Notes under the pieces: model-generated
The model's database searches: none
What the model was told of the DNA's origin: nothing
What the model saw: only the letters and a program-made list of their open reading frames with translations
Translations under genes and position numbers: made by a program
DNA from: Verrucomicrobiia bacterium
GTDB lineage: Bacteria > Verrucomicrobiota > Verrucomicrobiia > Limisphaerales > UBA11358
Assembly: GCA_035545995.1 (NCBI GenBank)
Contig: DASZXH010000072.1
Coordinates: 18,407-82,406 of the forward strand
Length of the DNA stretch: 64,000 bases
Direction of reading: 5' to 3'
Shown: positions 19,548 through 27,364 of the stretch, in pieces
Numbering within the stretch: the first letter of the stretch is position 1
Layout: the number at the start of each line of letters is the position of its first letter

Positions 19548-20107
19548 GCGTCCAATTCTTCTTTGAGTTTTTCCAGCGGCAATCCGACGACGTTGCTGAA
19601 CGAACCGGCAATTTCCGCAATGATTTTATCGCCGTTTTCCTGAATCGCATACGCGCCGGCTTTGTCGAGCGGATTCATCGTCGCAAGATAATCGTCAATC
19701 TGCGCCGCTGTGAGCGCGCGGAAGATCACGTCTGTGCCGACCGCGAATAGCCGTTCGCGATACGTCCGCAGATGAATCAAACTCACGCCAGTCACAACTT
19801 GATGCGTCCGGCCTTGAAGTTGTGACAACATCTTGCGCGCATGAATTAAATCATGCGGCTTGCCGAAAATTTCATTTTTGAGAAAAACCAATGTGTCCGC
19901 ACCTAGAATCAGTGCGTCGGGAATTTTTTTGGCGATAGCACGAGCCTTGCGATGCGCATTGAGCTGGCAAAGTTCACGCGGCGACAATTGTTTGTCGAAC
20001 ACTTCCGCCGCGTCACCCGGAATGATTTGAAAATCCAGTTTCAATTGCCGCAACAATTCCGCGCGGCGCGGCGACGCGGAAGCCAGAATGAGCGGCGGCA
20101 ATTTCAC
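19532..20107 (-). CDS. maf: Maf-like nucleoside triphosphate pyrophosphatase
   Basis: 191 aa. LILASASPRRAELLRQL and GAYAIQ motifs. Confidence 0.9.
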   Translation of the reverse strand: MKLPPLILASASPRRAELLRQLKLDFQIIPGDAAEVFDKQLSPRELCQLNAHRKARAIAKKIPDALILGADTLVFLKNEIFGKPHDLIHARKMLSQLQGRTHQVVTGVSLIHLRTYRERLFAVGTDVIFRALTAAQIDDYLATMNPLDKAGAYAIQENGDKIIAEIAGSFSNVVGLPLEKLKEELDAWPKN

Positions 20108-20169
20108 GCGGCCAATTTAAGCAACGATTGTGAATTGTCGAGCGGCGGAAAAAACGGCATTTTACCGCC

Positions 20170-20703
20170 GTGCAAAATGGCCGTCACATTGTCAACCTCG
20201 CGCTCATCGGTTTCATGGGCACGGGCAAAACGTCCGTCGGCCGCGTCGTCGCCGAGCAACTGCGCTTCGATTATCTCGATACTGACGAGATGATTCAGTC
20301 GGCAACCGGCAAAACCGTCGCGGACATTTTCAAAGCGGATGGCGAAGCGGCATTTCGCGCGCTGGAAAAAAAAGTCGTGGAAGAATTGGCAGCGCGAAAC
20401 AAAACCGTCATCGCCACCGGCGGCGGTTTGCCGGCGAATCCAGAAAATCTTGCCAGCCTGAAATCGCACGCGCTGGTCGTCTGCCTTTGGGCGTCGCCGG
20501 AAAAAATTTGGGAACGCGTGAAAAATCAGACGCACCGCCCCCTACTCCACGGCGAACATCCGCAGCAAAAAATCCGCGAATTGCTGGCGGCGCGCGAACC
20601 GTTTTACAAACAGGCGGACGTCTTGCTGAACACAGAATTGCGTTCGATGCGTGAAGTCGCGCAGCAGATCGTCCATCAATTCCGTTTCGCCACGCAAAAA
20701 TGA
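20170..20703 (+). CDS. aroK: Shikimate kinase
   Basis: 177 aa. P-loop GFMGTGKTSVGR and shikimate-kinase core. GTG start. Confidence 0.9.
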   Translation: MQNGRHIVNLALIGFMGTGKTSVGRVVAEQLRFDYLDTDEMIQSATGKTVADIFKADGEAAFRALEKKVVEELAARNKTVIATGGGLPANPENLASLKSHALVVCLWASPEKIWERVKNQTHRPLLHGEHPQQKIRELLAAREPFYKQADVLLNTELRSMREVAQQIVHQFRFATQK

Positions 20704-21728
20704 AAGCGCGAATCCGAGCGCGGGCGTTGGAATTGGGCTTTGACGATTGCCGTTTCACTTCCGCCCGTCCGCCGCAAAGCGCGGAACAATTCCAGAAATG
20801 GATTGCGGATAAAAATTTCGGCGAAATGTCGTGGCTTGAACGCAACGCCGAAAAACGGGTTGAACCGCAGAAAGTCTTGGTAAATGCGAAAACGGTAATT
20901 TGTCTGGCGGCAAGTTACGCGCAGAATTTAGAATCCAGAATTCAGAATTCAGAAACGGAAATTGTCGCGCGTTATGCGCAGTTCGACGATTACCACGATA
21001 TTTTGGCCGAGCGATTAAAGCTGCTCGCGCAATTTGTAAATGAAATCGGCGGCGCGGAAAGCAAATCGCTTTGGTATGTGGACACCGGGCCGATTCTGGA
21101 ACGTGATTTGGCGCAGCGCGCGGGCATCGGTTTCGTCGGCAAACACACGAATCTCATCAGCCGCAAATCTGGCAACTGGATTTTTCTCGCGGAAATTTTG
21201 ACGACGCTCGAACTCGAACCCGACGCGCCGGAAAAAAATCATTGCGGCAAATGCACCCGCTGCATTTCCGCTTGTCCCACTCAAGCGATTACCGCACCGT
21301 TTGAATTGGACGCGCGCCGTTGCATTTCCTATTTGACGATTGAATTGAAAGGCTCAATTCCGGTTGAATTTCGCCGCGCCATCGGCAATCGCATTTATGG
21401 CTGCGACGATTGCCTTGCGGTTTGTCCGTGGAACCGGTTTGCGCACGAAGGCAAACTTATGAAATCACACTTGCGACGCGATTTACAACAGCTGGATTTG
21501 ATTGAATTACTTTCGCTCGATGAAAAGAATTTCAAAGCGTGCTTTGCTGGTTCGCCAATTCTGCGGACAAAACGGCGTGGATTTCTGCGAAATGTCTGTG
21601 TCGCGCTCGGAAACATCGGTGACAAATCCGTTTTGCCGCATTTGCAAAAGGCCGCGAATGATGCCGAGCCGTTGATTACTGAGCACGCGCGCTGGGCGAT
21701 TTCAGAGATTGAATCACGCGGCAAATAA
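20700..21728 (+). CDS. queG: tRNA epoxyqueuosine(34) reductase
   Basis: 342 aa. 4Fe-4S ferredoxin motifs (CGKCTRCISACP, CDDCLAVCPWN) and C-terminal HEAT-like repeats. 4-nt overlap with aroK. Confidence 0.9.
   Translation: MKARIRARALELGFDDCRFTSARPPQSAEQFQKWIADKNFGEMSWLERNAEKRVEPQKVLVNAKTVICLAASYAQNLESRIQNSETEIVARYAQFDDYHDILAERLKLLAQFVNEIGGAESKSLWYVDTGPILERDLAQRAGIGFVGKHTNLISRKSGNWIFLAEILTTLELEPDAPEKNHCGKCTRCISACPTQAITAPFELDARRCISYLTIELKGSIPVEFRRAIGNRIYGCDDCLAVCPWNRFAHEGKLMKSHLRRDLQQLDLIELLSLDEKNFKACFAGSPILRTKRRGFLRNVCVALGNIGDKSVLPHLQKAANDAEPLITEHARWAISEIESRGK
20922..20956. repeat. 5 x 7-nt tandem repeat inside queG
   Basis: cagaatt tagaatc cagaatt cagaatt cagaaac, translated in frame as QNLESRIQNSET. 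Confidence 0.85.
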
Positions 21729-21805
21729 GCCGTTTCCAGAAATTCATTGAATTTTTGTCCGCGCGCTTCCACCCTATTCGCAAAGGAGAAATTGTTTCTC
21801 TGACT

Positions 21806-23038
21806 ATGTCCCGGTCACACAACCGCCATCTCATTATCGTCATTCTCGGCGCGCTTTCCACCATCAGTCCGTTTGCGATTGATATGTATCTGCCCGCGTT
21901 TCCGCAAATGGCCGACGCGCTGCACACGTCCACCGCCAAGATTTCGCTCTCGCTCTCCAGTTATTTTGCCGGACTCGCCGCCGGGCAATTGTTTTACGGC
22001 CCGTTGCTCGACCGGTTTGGGCGCAAACTGCCGTTGTTCGCCGGGCTGATTCTGTTCATCGCCGCGTCCATGCTGTGCCTGTCCTCGCGTACGGTGGATT
22101 GGCTGATCACCATGCGTTTCGTGCAGGCGCTCGGCGGTTGCGCCGCGCAAGTCGCCGCGATGGCCATGGTGCGCGACTTTTTTCACGTGAACGAAACCGC
22201 CAAAATCATTTCGCTGCTCATCCTCATCATCAGCGCGTCGCCGCTGTTCGCGCCGAGCGTGGGCGTTTTCGTGGCCGTGCATTTCGGCTGGCAATGGGTG
22301 TTCATCGTGCTGTCCGCGTTTGTCGTGCTGATGCTCGCCGTGTCCGCGTGGAAATTGCCGCAAGGCCACAAACCCGACCGCAGCATCTCGTTGCGTCCCC
22401 TGCCCATCCTGCGCAACTACGCCGACGTGCTGCGCGAACCGCAATTCCTCACCTACGCGCTCGCTGGCGCATTTTCGTTTTCCGGCCTGCTCGCCTATGT
22501 CGCGAGTTCGCCGATTGTTTTCATGGAAGTCTTTCACGTCAGTACCGGGCAATTTGGCGCTATCTTTGCCGGACTCGCCGTCGGGTTCATCGGCAGCAAT
22601 CAAATCAACGTCCTGCTGCTCCGCAAGTTCACCAGCGAACAAATCTTCCGCACCACGCTCATCGTGGAATGTCCCGTGGCGCTGTTCTTCCTTATCGGCA
22701 CGATCTGCGGCTGGTTCAACCTGCCCGCCACGCTCGTGCTGTTGTTCATTGTGCTGTCCAGCCTCGGCCTCGCGTTTCCAAACGCGGCGGCGCTGGCGCT
22801 CGTGCCGTTCGACCGCAACATCGGCAGCGCGTCGGCCATGCTCGGTTTCCTGCAAATCGGCGTGTCCGGCCTCGCCTCAGCCAGCATCGGCATCTTCGAT
22901 TCCCACACCATGATGCCCGTGGCGCTCATTCTGGCGGTGACCTCGTGGATTGGCTTTGCGATTCTGCTGCTGGGCAAACGCCGCATCCACGGCGTGCGTT
23001 ACGTGGAAGAAAAAGACGCCAACTTCCTGCCGCATTAA
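21806..23038 (+). CDS. MFS transporter, Bcr/CflA drug-resistance subfamily
   Basis: About 12 TM helices. N-terminal motif FAIDMYLPAFPQMA. ATG at 21806 is preferred over the TTG at 21755. Confidence 0.85.
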   Translation: MSRSHNRHLIIVILGALSTISPFAIDMYLPAFPQMADALHTSTAKISLSLSSYFAGLAAGQLFYGPLLDRFGRKLPLFAGLILFIAASMLCLSSRTVDWLITMRFVQALGGCAAQVAAMAMVRDFFHVNETAKIISLLILIISASPLFAPSVGVFVAVHFGWQWVFIVLSAFVVLMLAVSAWKLPQGHKPDRSISLRPLPILRNYADVLREPQFLTYALAGAFSFSGLLAYVASSPIVFMEVFHVSTGQFGAIFAGLAVGFIGSNQINVLLLRKFTSEQIFRTTLIVECPVALFFLIGTICGWFNLPATLVLLFIVLSSLGLAFPNAAALALVPFDRNIGSASAMLGFLQIGVSGLASASIGIFDSHTMMPVALILAVTSWIGFAILLLGKRRIHGVRYVEEKDANFLPH

Positions 23039-23048
23039 ATTGGCATGG
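23038..23048. repeat. Left copy of the 11-bp direct repeat flanking the low-GC islet
   Basis: aattggcatgg starts on the last base of the MFS stop codon. An identical copy lies at 25577-25587. Confidence 0.6.
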
Positions 23049-23141
23049 CGACCGTCTGCATGATACCTGCCCACAAGGGCTGAAAATAAAAATGTCAAAG
23101 CCAGCAGCATCTGATTAAAATTCGCGCGAAAGGCAACATTT

Positions 23142-23879
23142 ATGAAACAGCATGAAGCCGTCATAAAAACTTTGGGTGAGCTTGGCGGAGTTGCAACACT
23201 TGGCCAGCTTTACAAAGACGTTTTCAAAATTGCCGATTGTGAATGGAAAACAAAAACACCACTGGCAAGCATTCGTCGAATCGTTCAAACGCGCAAAGAA
23301 ATTTTCAAAATCAAACCGGGACTCTATGGATTGACCGCAAAGAAAAATGAACTTGAGTCACAAGGGATAATTGCAGAAACGCAAAAGAATCAAAATTCAG
23401 CCGAGGTTCAGAAATTTGGTCACACTTATTATCAAGGTTTGCTGTTGATTGTTGGAAAACTCAAAAAATTTGATTGTTGGTCGCCAAATCAGGACAAAAA
23501 TAAAAAATTTCTGAATAGCAATTTAGACTCGTTGCGCACCTTAAAAGAAATTCCGAAATTTTCTTACGAGCATTTGGTGAGCCGTAGCGCAACCATTGAT
23601 GCCATTTGGTTTAACGAGCGTGGAATGCCGAATAGCTTTTTTGAAGTTGAAGCCAGCACAGACATACAAAATTCGCTCTTAAAATTTAATGACTTGCAGG
23701 ATTTTGCCTCGCGAATGTTTATCGTTTCAAATCCTGCCCGACGCAAAGAATTTGAGGCCAAACTTAAATACTCTTCATTTCGTGACATCGCCAAGCGGGT
23801 TGATTTTCTGACTTACGATTCACTTGTCGAACAATACGAACGCACAGTCGCATTCAACAAAACAGAAATGATTTTATGA
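23142..23879 (+). CDS. Putative winged-helix plus restriction-endonuclease-like (PD-(D/E)xK-like) protein
   Basis: 245 aa in a low-GC region. The N-terminus resembles a HARE-HTH/Mrr_N-type wHTH (...IFKIKPGLYGL). The C-terminus has IDAIWF...FFEVEAST, a nuclease-core-like D...ExE pattern. The assignment is tentative. Confidence 0.4.
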   Translation: MKQHEAVIKTLGELGGVATLGQLYKDVFKIADCEWKTKTPLASIRRIVQTRKEIFKIKPGLYGLTAKKNELESQGIIAETQKNQNSAEVQKFGHTYYQGLLLIVGKLKKFDCWSPNQDKNKKFLNSNLDSLRTLKEIPKFSYEHLVSRSATIDAIWFNERGMPNSFFEVEASTDIQNSLLKFNDLQDFASRMFIVSNPARRKEFEAKLKYSSFRDIAKRVDFLTYDSLVEQYERTVAFNKTEMIL

Positions 23880-24118
23880 GCCAGATACTTTCGCTGTCAT
23901 TGAATCTTCCATTTGAACTTTTTCAATTGGAAGAGTTGGCGCAAGTTCGCGCTTTGGCTAAAAAAGAAAATGCAATTTTGTATTGTTGGAAAACAACTAA
24001 CATTTCAAATTGGTTGGAAAAAGGAATCTCCATTTCAGACGTTTTGGGAATTGTTGTTTTGCCAAAAGGTTTGCCAGAGCAAATTGATTTGCCCGATGAT
24101 TCTCGCAAAGCCATTTGA
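23876..24118 (+). CDS. Small hypothetical protein coupled to the nuclease-like gene
   Basis: 80-aa ORF whose ATG overlaps the upstream stop (ATGA). Low GC like its neighbour. Confidence 0.35.
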   Translation: MSQILSLSLNLPFELFQLEELAQVRALAKKENAILYCWKTTNISNWLEKGISISDVLGIVVLPKGLPEQIDLPDDSRKAI

Positions 24119-24496
24119 AGAAAGTCCTCTGCAATGGGAATTCTCGTTCAACCACGAACAAAAGGCGCAGGTCATGACGGCACGAGCCGGGCATTTTATG
24201 CGAGAACAGGATTCGTTACTAAAATTCTTGGACTATAAATTAAATTTGCCAACAACTTCAAGTCTTGCCTGCGCCATTGCGGATGGCTTCTATGAATTCG
24301 CTGGCAACTTCCAGTTTCTCACAAGGTTTTTCGTCCGGCGGCATTGATAGTTGAAAAATGCGATTAAGCTCCAATTTTTATTGAAAGAATCTTCTGTCAA
24401 TCGTCACAAACGGGTGTAAGGTAAGGCTGGATTTGACCTTATCTTCGAGCGGCGGGGTGCCTCTTCATCATTCGGCTGGATTCAATCAACCCGCGC

Positions 24497-24727
24497 ATGA
24501 GCATGAACATCATATTGCAAAATAAACACAACCTGGAGTTTATCAAAACATTGAGATGCAATTGGACGACTCATGGGGCGGATGCACACAAATTTTCAAA
24601 CGGCATGGCAGCGATGATGTTTTGCTTTCATCATCGCCTGCCGGATATGCAAATGCTGGCGCTGTTTGGCAATTCAGCAATAAGTTTTACCGTCCCCATC
24701 GCCAATGTTTACGACGCAAATCACTAA
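24497..24727 (+). CDS. Hypothetical protein (islet)
   Basis: 76-aa ORF in the low-GC islet. ORF evidence only. Confidence 0.2.
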   Translation: MSMNIILQNKHNLEFIKTLRCNWTTHGADAHKFSNGMAAMMFCFHHRLPDMQMLALFGNSAISFTVPIANVYDANH

Positions 24728-24765
24728 ATTATCCAACCCAATCGTGAATCAACAAATTCAAACAG

Positions 24766-25062
24766 ATGAGCAAAAAAACAAACATCCAAGCACCCGCTGG
24801 GTTTCAGAGGACAATAAAAATGAATGTGAATAACGACCTATTTTTTGATGATTCCGGGAACAAGAAAAAGGTGGATATGATACTCGCTGATTTATTTGAC
24901 GCATTTAGAGAGGCGGGGAATTTGTGCGATAATTCCACCAATCAAAAGGTCAAACGTTCGGCAAAAAGCATTCAGACATCCATAAAATTTTCACTGGTCA
25001 AGTTGTGTCCGATGGGATTCCACGCTCCAAAATGGCTGGAAGAAGAAATCAAATGGAGTTAA
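24766..25062 (+). CDS. Hypothetical protein (islet)
   Basis: 98-aa ORF in the low-GC islet. ORF evidence only. Confidence 0.25.
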   Translation: MSKKTNIQAPAGFQRTIKMNVNNDLFFDDSGNKKKVDMILADLFDAFREAGNLCDNSTNQKVKRSAKSIQTSIKFSLVKLCPMGFHAPKWLEEEIKWS

Positions 25063-25108
25063 GCCAGACGTTCAGACCAGAGGATCACCAGTCGTCAACC
25101 ACTGCTAG

Positions 25109-25378
25109 TCATTCCCAGCGAACCGCGCCTTTGTTGTTCATCACGCCAACGCTTCTAAAACCCATCGTTCCGGTCACAATGTAAGAGGCGGTGCGTCCCG
25201 CCGCATTTTCGTCGCGGGCATTGGCTCTGACGAACTGTTTGACGGCATTCAGCATAGGATGATTTGAGACAATCAATTGTCCGTCCCGGTGGACTGAATA
25301 GGTTTGCTTGGAAATGCTCTCCGGCAGTGAACCGTATTGGAAACTGACCGAGGCATGAGGCTTTTGTTCCATCTGCAA
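25109..25378 (-). CDS. Hypothetical protein, possibly the 3' part of a frameshifted gene
   Basis: 89-aa ORF. An upstream ORF in another frame (to 25487) encodes a signal-peptide-like segment, so this may be one disrupted gene. Confidence 0.25.
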   Translation of the reverse strand: MQMEQKPHASVSFQYGSLPESISKQTYSVHRDGQLIVSNHPMLNAVKQFVRANARDENAAGRTASYIVTGTMGFRSVGVMNNKGAVRWE

Positions 25379-25576
25379 AGCATACGTTGAAGTCAGGAAT
25401 AATACATATCAATCTCAAAAATAATTTCGCGCCGACGCAGAAGGATTCTGCTGGCCATTTTTTTTGGTTACATATTGTTGCGTTCATGACGGGATTAGAG
25501 GCATCGCTTATCTGTTGATGAGTAAAGAAAAGGTCATCTATAAAAGCGAAAGCAACCTGCCAGTGATATTTGATTC

Positions 25577-25587
25577 AATTGGCATGG
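25577..25587. repeat. Right copy of the 11-bp direct repeat flanking the low-GC islet
   Basis: aattggcatgg, identical to 23038-23048. It lies where GC content returns to the host level. Confidence 0.6.
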
Positions 25588-25609
25588 TTGCTGCCACATT
25601 TTCTGAGTT

Positions 25610-25972
25610 ATGAGAATTTCAATTTTCATTGTCGCGGCAGTTGGCCTCGCGTTGTGCGGTTGCAAATGGCTGTCGGATGATGGCGTACATCTGGCTTTTT
25701 GCCTGAAAGCCGGGGCACAGACGTTGCGACATAGCGCGAACACGGAGTTGACGGTGGCGTTCGAGCCGTTGGACGGGACGAACCAGATTTACACGGTGCA
25801 ATTCTGCAAGGACAGCGTGGTGGTGGTGTGGAGCAAACACGGCGGGTCGAGCACGTATCAATTGAATTACGTGGCGTTGCCGCAAGATTTCTATCTGCAC
25901 AAGACGAACGAAGCGACATTCATCACGTTGCGCAAAAATGGCGACCGGATTGATGTGGTGAACGCGCAGTAG
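25610..25972 (+). CDS. Hypothetical lipoprotein
   Basis: 120 aa with a lipobox-like signal peptide, MRISIFIVAAVGLALCGC. Confidence 0.5.
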   Translation: MRISIFIVAAVGLALCGCKWLSDDGVHLAFCLKAGAQTLRHSANTELTVAFEPLDGTNQIYTVQFCKDSVVVVWSKHGGSSTYQLNYVALPQDFYLHKTNEATFITLRKNGDRIDVVNAQ

Positions 25973-26042
25973 TTTTTCCGGTGGAATTCTGTTAATCCGG
26001 TTAATCCCGTCCAAAAAGGAATCGCGTCAAACTGCGACGACG

Positions 26043-26639
26043 TTATTCCGACATCTTCATCATTTCTTCGCCGGTCATCGGCTGCGGATGACCGCCCAGC
26101 GCGGCGCGGACGGCTTTCACGTCGTCCGGCGTCACTTCACCGGCTTTGTTGCCCCACGAATTGCGGACGTAGGTCAGCACCGCCGCGAGGTCGGAATCTG
26201 ACAGCGCCGCGCCCATTGCGGCCATGGACATGTTCCAGTCCTTGCCTTCGACGGTGATACCACCAGAAACGCCGGTGAGCGGGATGTGAATCAGGCGTTG
26301 GATACCTTTGGCGTTGACCCACTCGGAGCCGGCCAGCGGCGGAGCCTGGCCGGGTTTGCCCAGACCGTCCGCGCCGTGACACGCCCCACAAATCATTTCG
26401 TAATTGCGTTTGCCCTGCGCGAGCATCGCCGCTGCGCCGGATTTCGGCTGATATGCGTCCAATTCCTCGGCATTATTGTAAGGCGCATAAACCTGCGAAT
26501 TGAACCAACCACTGTGATGGTCGAAATAAACCGCGCCGAGAAACAACAACAGCAGCAGCAAAGAGAAAATCCACATCGGCACGGCTGAAGATTTCGTTTC
26601 GCCGGATGTCGCGGATGGATTTTTAGGTTCGTCACTCAT
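26043..26639 (-). CDS. Membrane-anchored monoheme class I cytochrome c
   Basis: 198 aa. N-terminal TM helix, one CxxCH (CGACHG) and a distal Met region. 4-nt overlap with the upstream gene. Confidence 0.8.
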   Translation of the reverse strand: MSDEPKNPSATSGETKSSAVPMWIFSLLLLLLFLGAVYFDHHSGWFNSQVYAPYNNAEELDAYQPKSGAAAMLAQGKRNYEMICGACHGADGLGKPGQAPPLAGSEWVNAKGIQRLIHIPLTGVSGGITVEGKDWNMSMAAMGAALSDSDLAAVLTYVRNSWGNKAGEVTPDDVKAVRAALGGHPQPMTGEEMMKMSE

Positions 26640-27364
26640 TTGTTCAAACTTGGCTGGGTGAACGGCGCGTCATACAGCGGCACATCGGCGCGCAAGCTCA
26701 ACAGATACGCCACCAAATTTTTGGCGTCTTCGGTCGGAGCGACTTCGCCATTTTTTTCTTCAAACAAAAAACGGAACGGCGGCATGACGGAATCTTTCAC
26801 CTTGGATTTCGGCTCGTAAAGATGCGCCAATTCCCAAGCCGCGTCATAGCGCAATCCGACATTGGCCAAATCCGGCCCGACGCGGATGCTGCCGAGTTGC
26901 ACCGGATAATCCCATAGAAAATCTTCCGCGACGCTGCGGCGGATGCCCCAACGCGGAATGTCCGAACCGGTGGTAACAATGTGCGTTTCGGTTTTGCCGC
27001 CGGCGGCGGTGATTTTGCCGGCGACGGAATCGGCTTCGTCCTTTGTCAGTCCGGTCAATTTCAACGTGGAAATCAGATTGGAAACAACTTCAGGATTTTT
27101 CCCGGCGCTCGTCAACACCACGTCACAGGCAAATCCGCTCTGCTGGACTTGCGTGGTGTGACAGGCGGCGCAGCCAAGCGAGCGATAAACCTGCAAACCG
27201 AGCGCGGCGGCGCCGGGACGTTGAAGCGGATAAATCTCGGATGAATTCAAAATTTGAGTCTGCTTGGCCGCGCCCAATTGCAGCGCGGGCGCGAGCACAA
27301 AACCGCACCACGACGCACCGAGCGCGATGAACGCCGCGACAAAAACCCGGAAGCCGCTTTTCAT
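26636..27364 (-). CDS. CcoO-like (cbb3 subunit II-like) monoheme cytochrome c with an internal insertion
   Basis: 242 aa. TM anchor, CAACH heme motif, and CcoO signature ...GSIRVGPDLANVGLRYDAAWELAHLYEPKSKVKDSVMPPF. About 60 extra residues follow the heme motif. Confidence 0.75.
   Translation of the reverse strand: MKSGFRVFVAAFIALGASWCGFVLAPALQLGAAKQTQILNSSEIYPLQRPGAAALGLQVYRSLGCAACHTTQVQQSGFACDVVLTSAGKNPEVVSNLISTLKLTGLTKDEADSVAGKITAAGGKTETHIVTTGSDIPRWGIRRSVAEDFLWDYPVQLGSIRVGPDLANVGLRYDAAWELAHLYEPKSKVKDSVMPPFRFLFEEKNGEVAPTEDAKNLVAYLLSLRADVPLYDAPFTQPSLNK

Noticed and set aside
23913-24347. 144-aa ORF overlapping the 80-aa ORF in the islet
   Set aside because: It lies in an alternative frame overlapping 23876-24118 and lacks the ATGA coupling to the upstream gene. 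I cannot decide with certainty between the two and kept the coupled ORF at low confidence.
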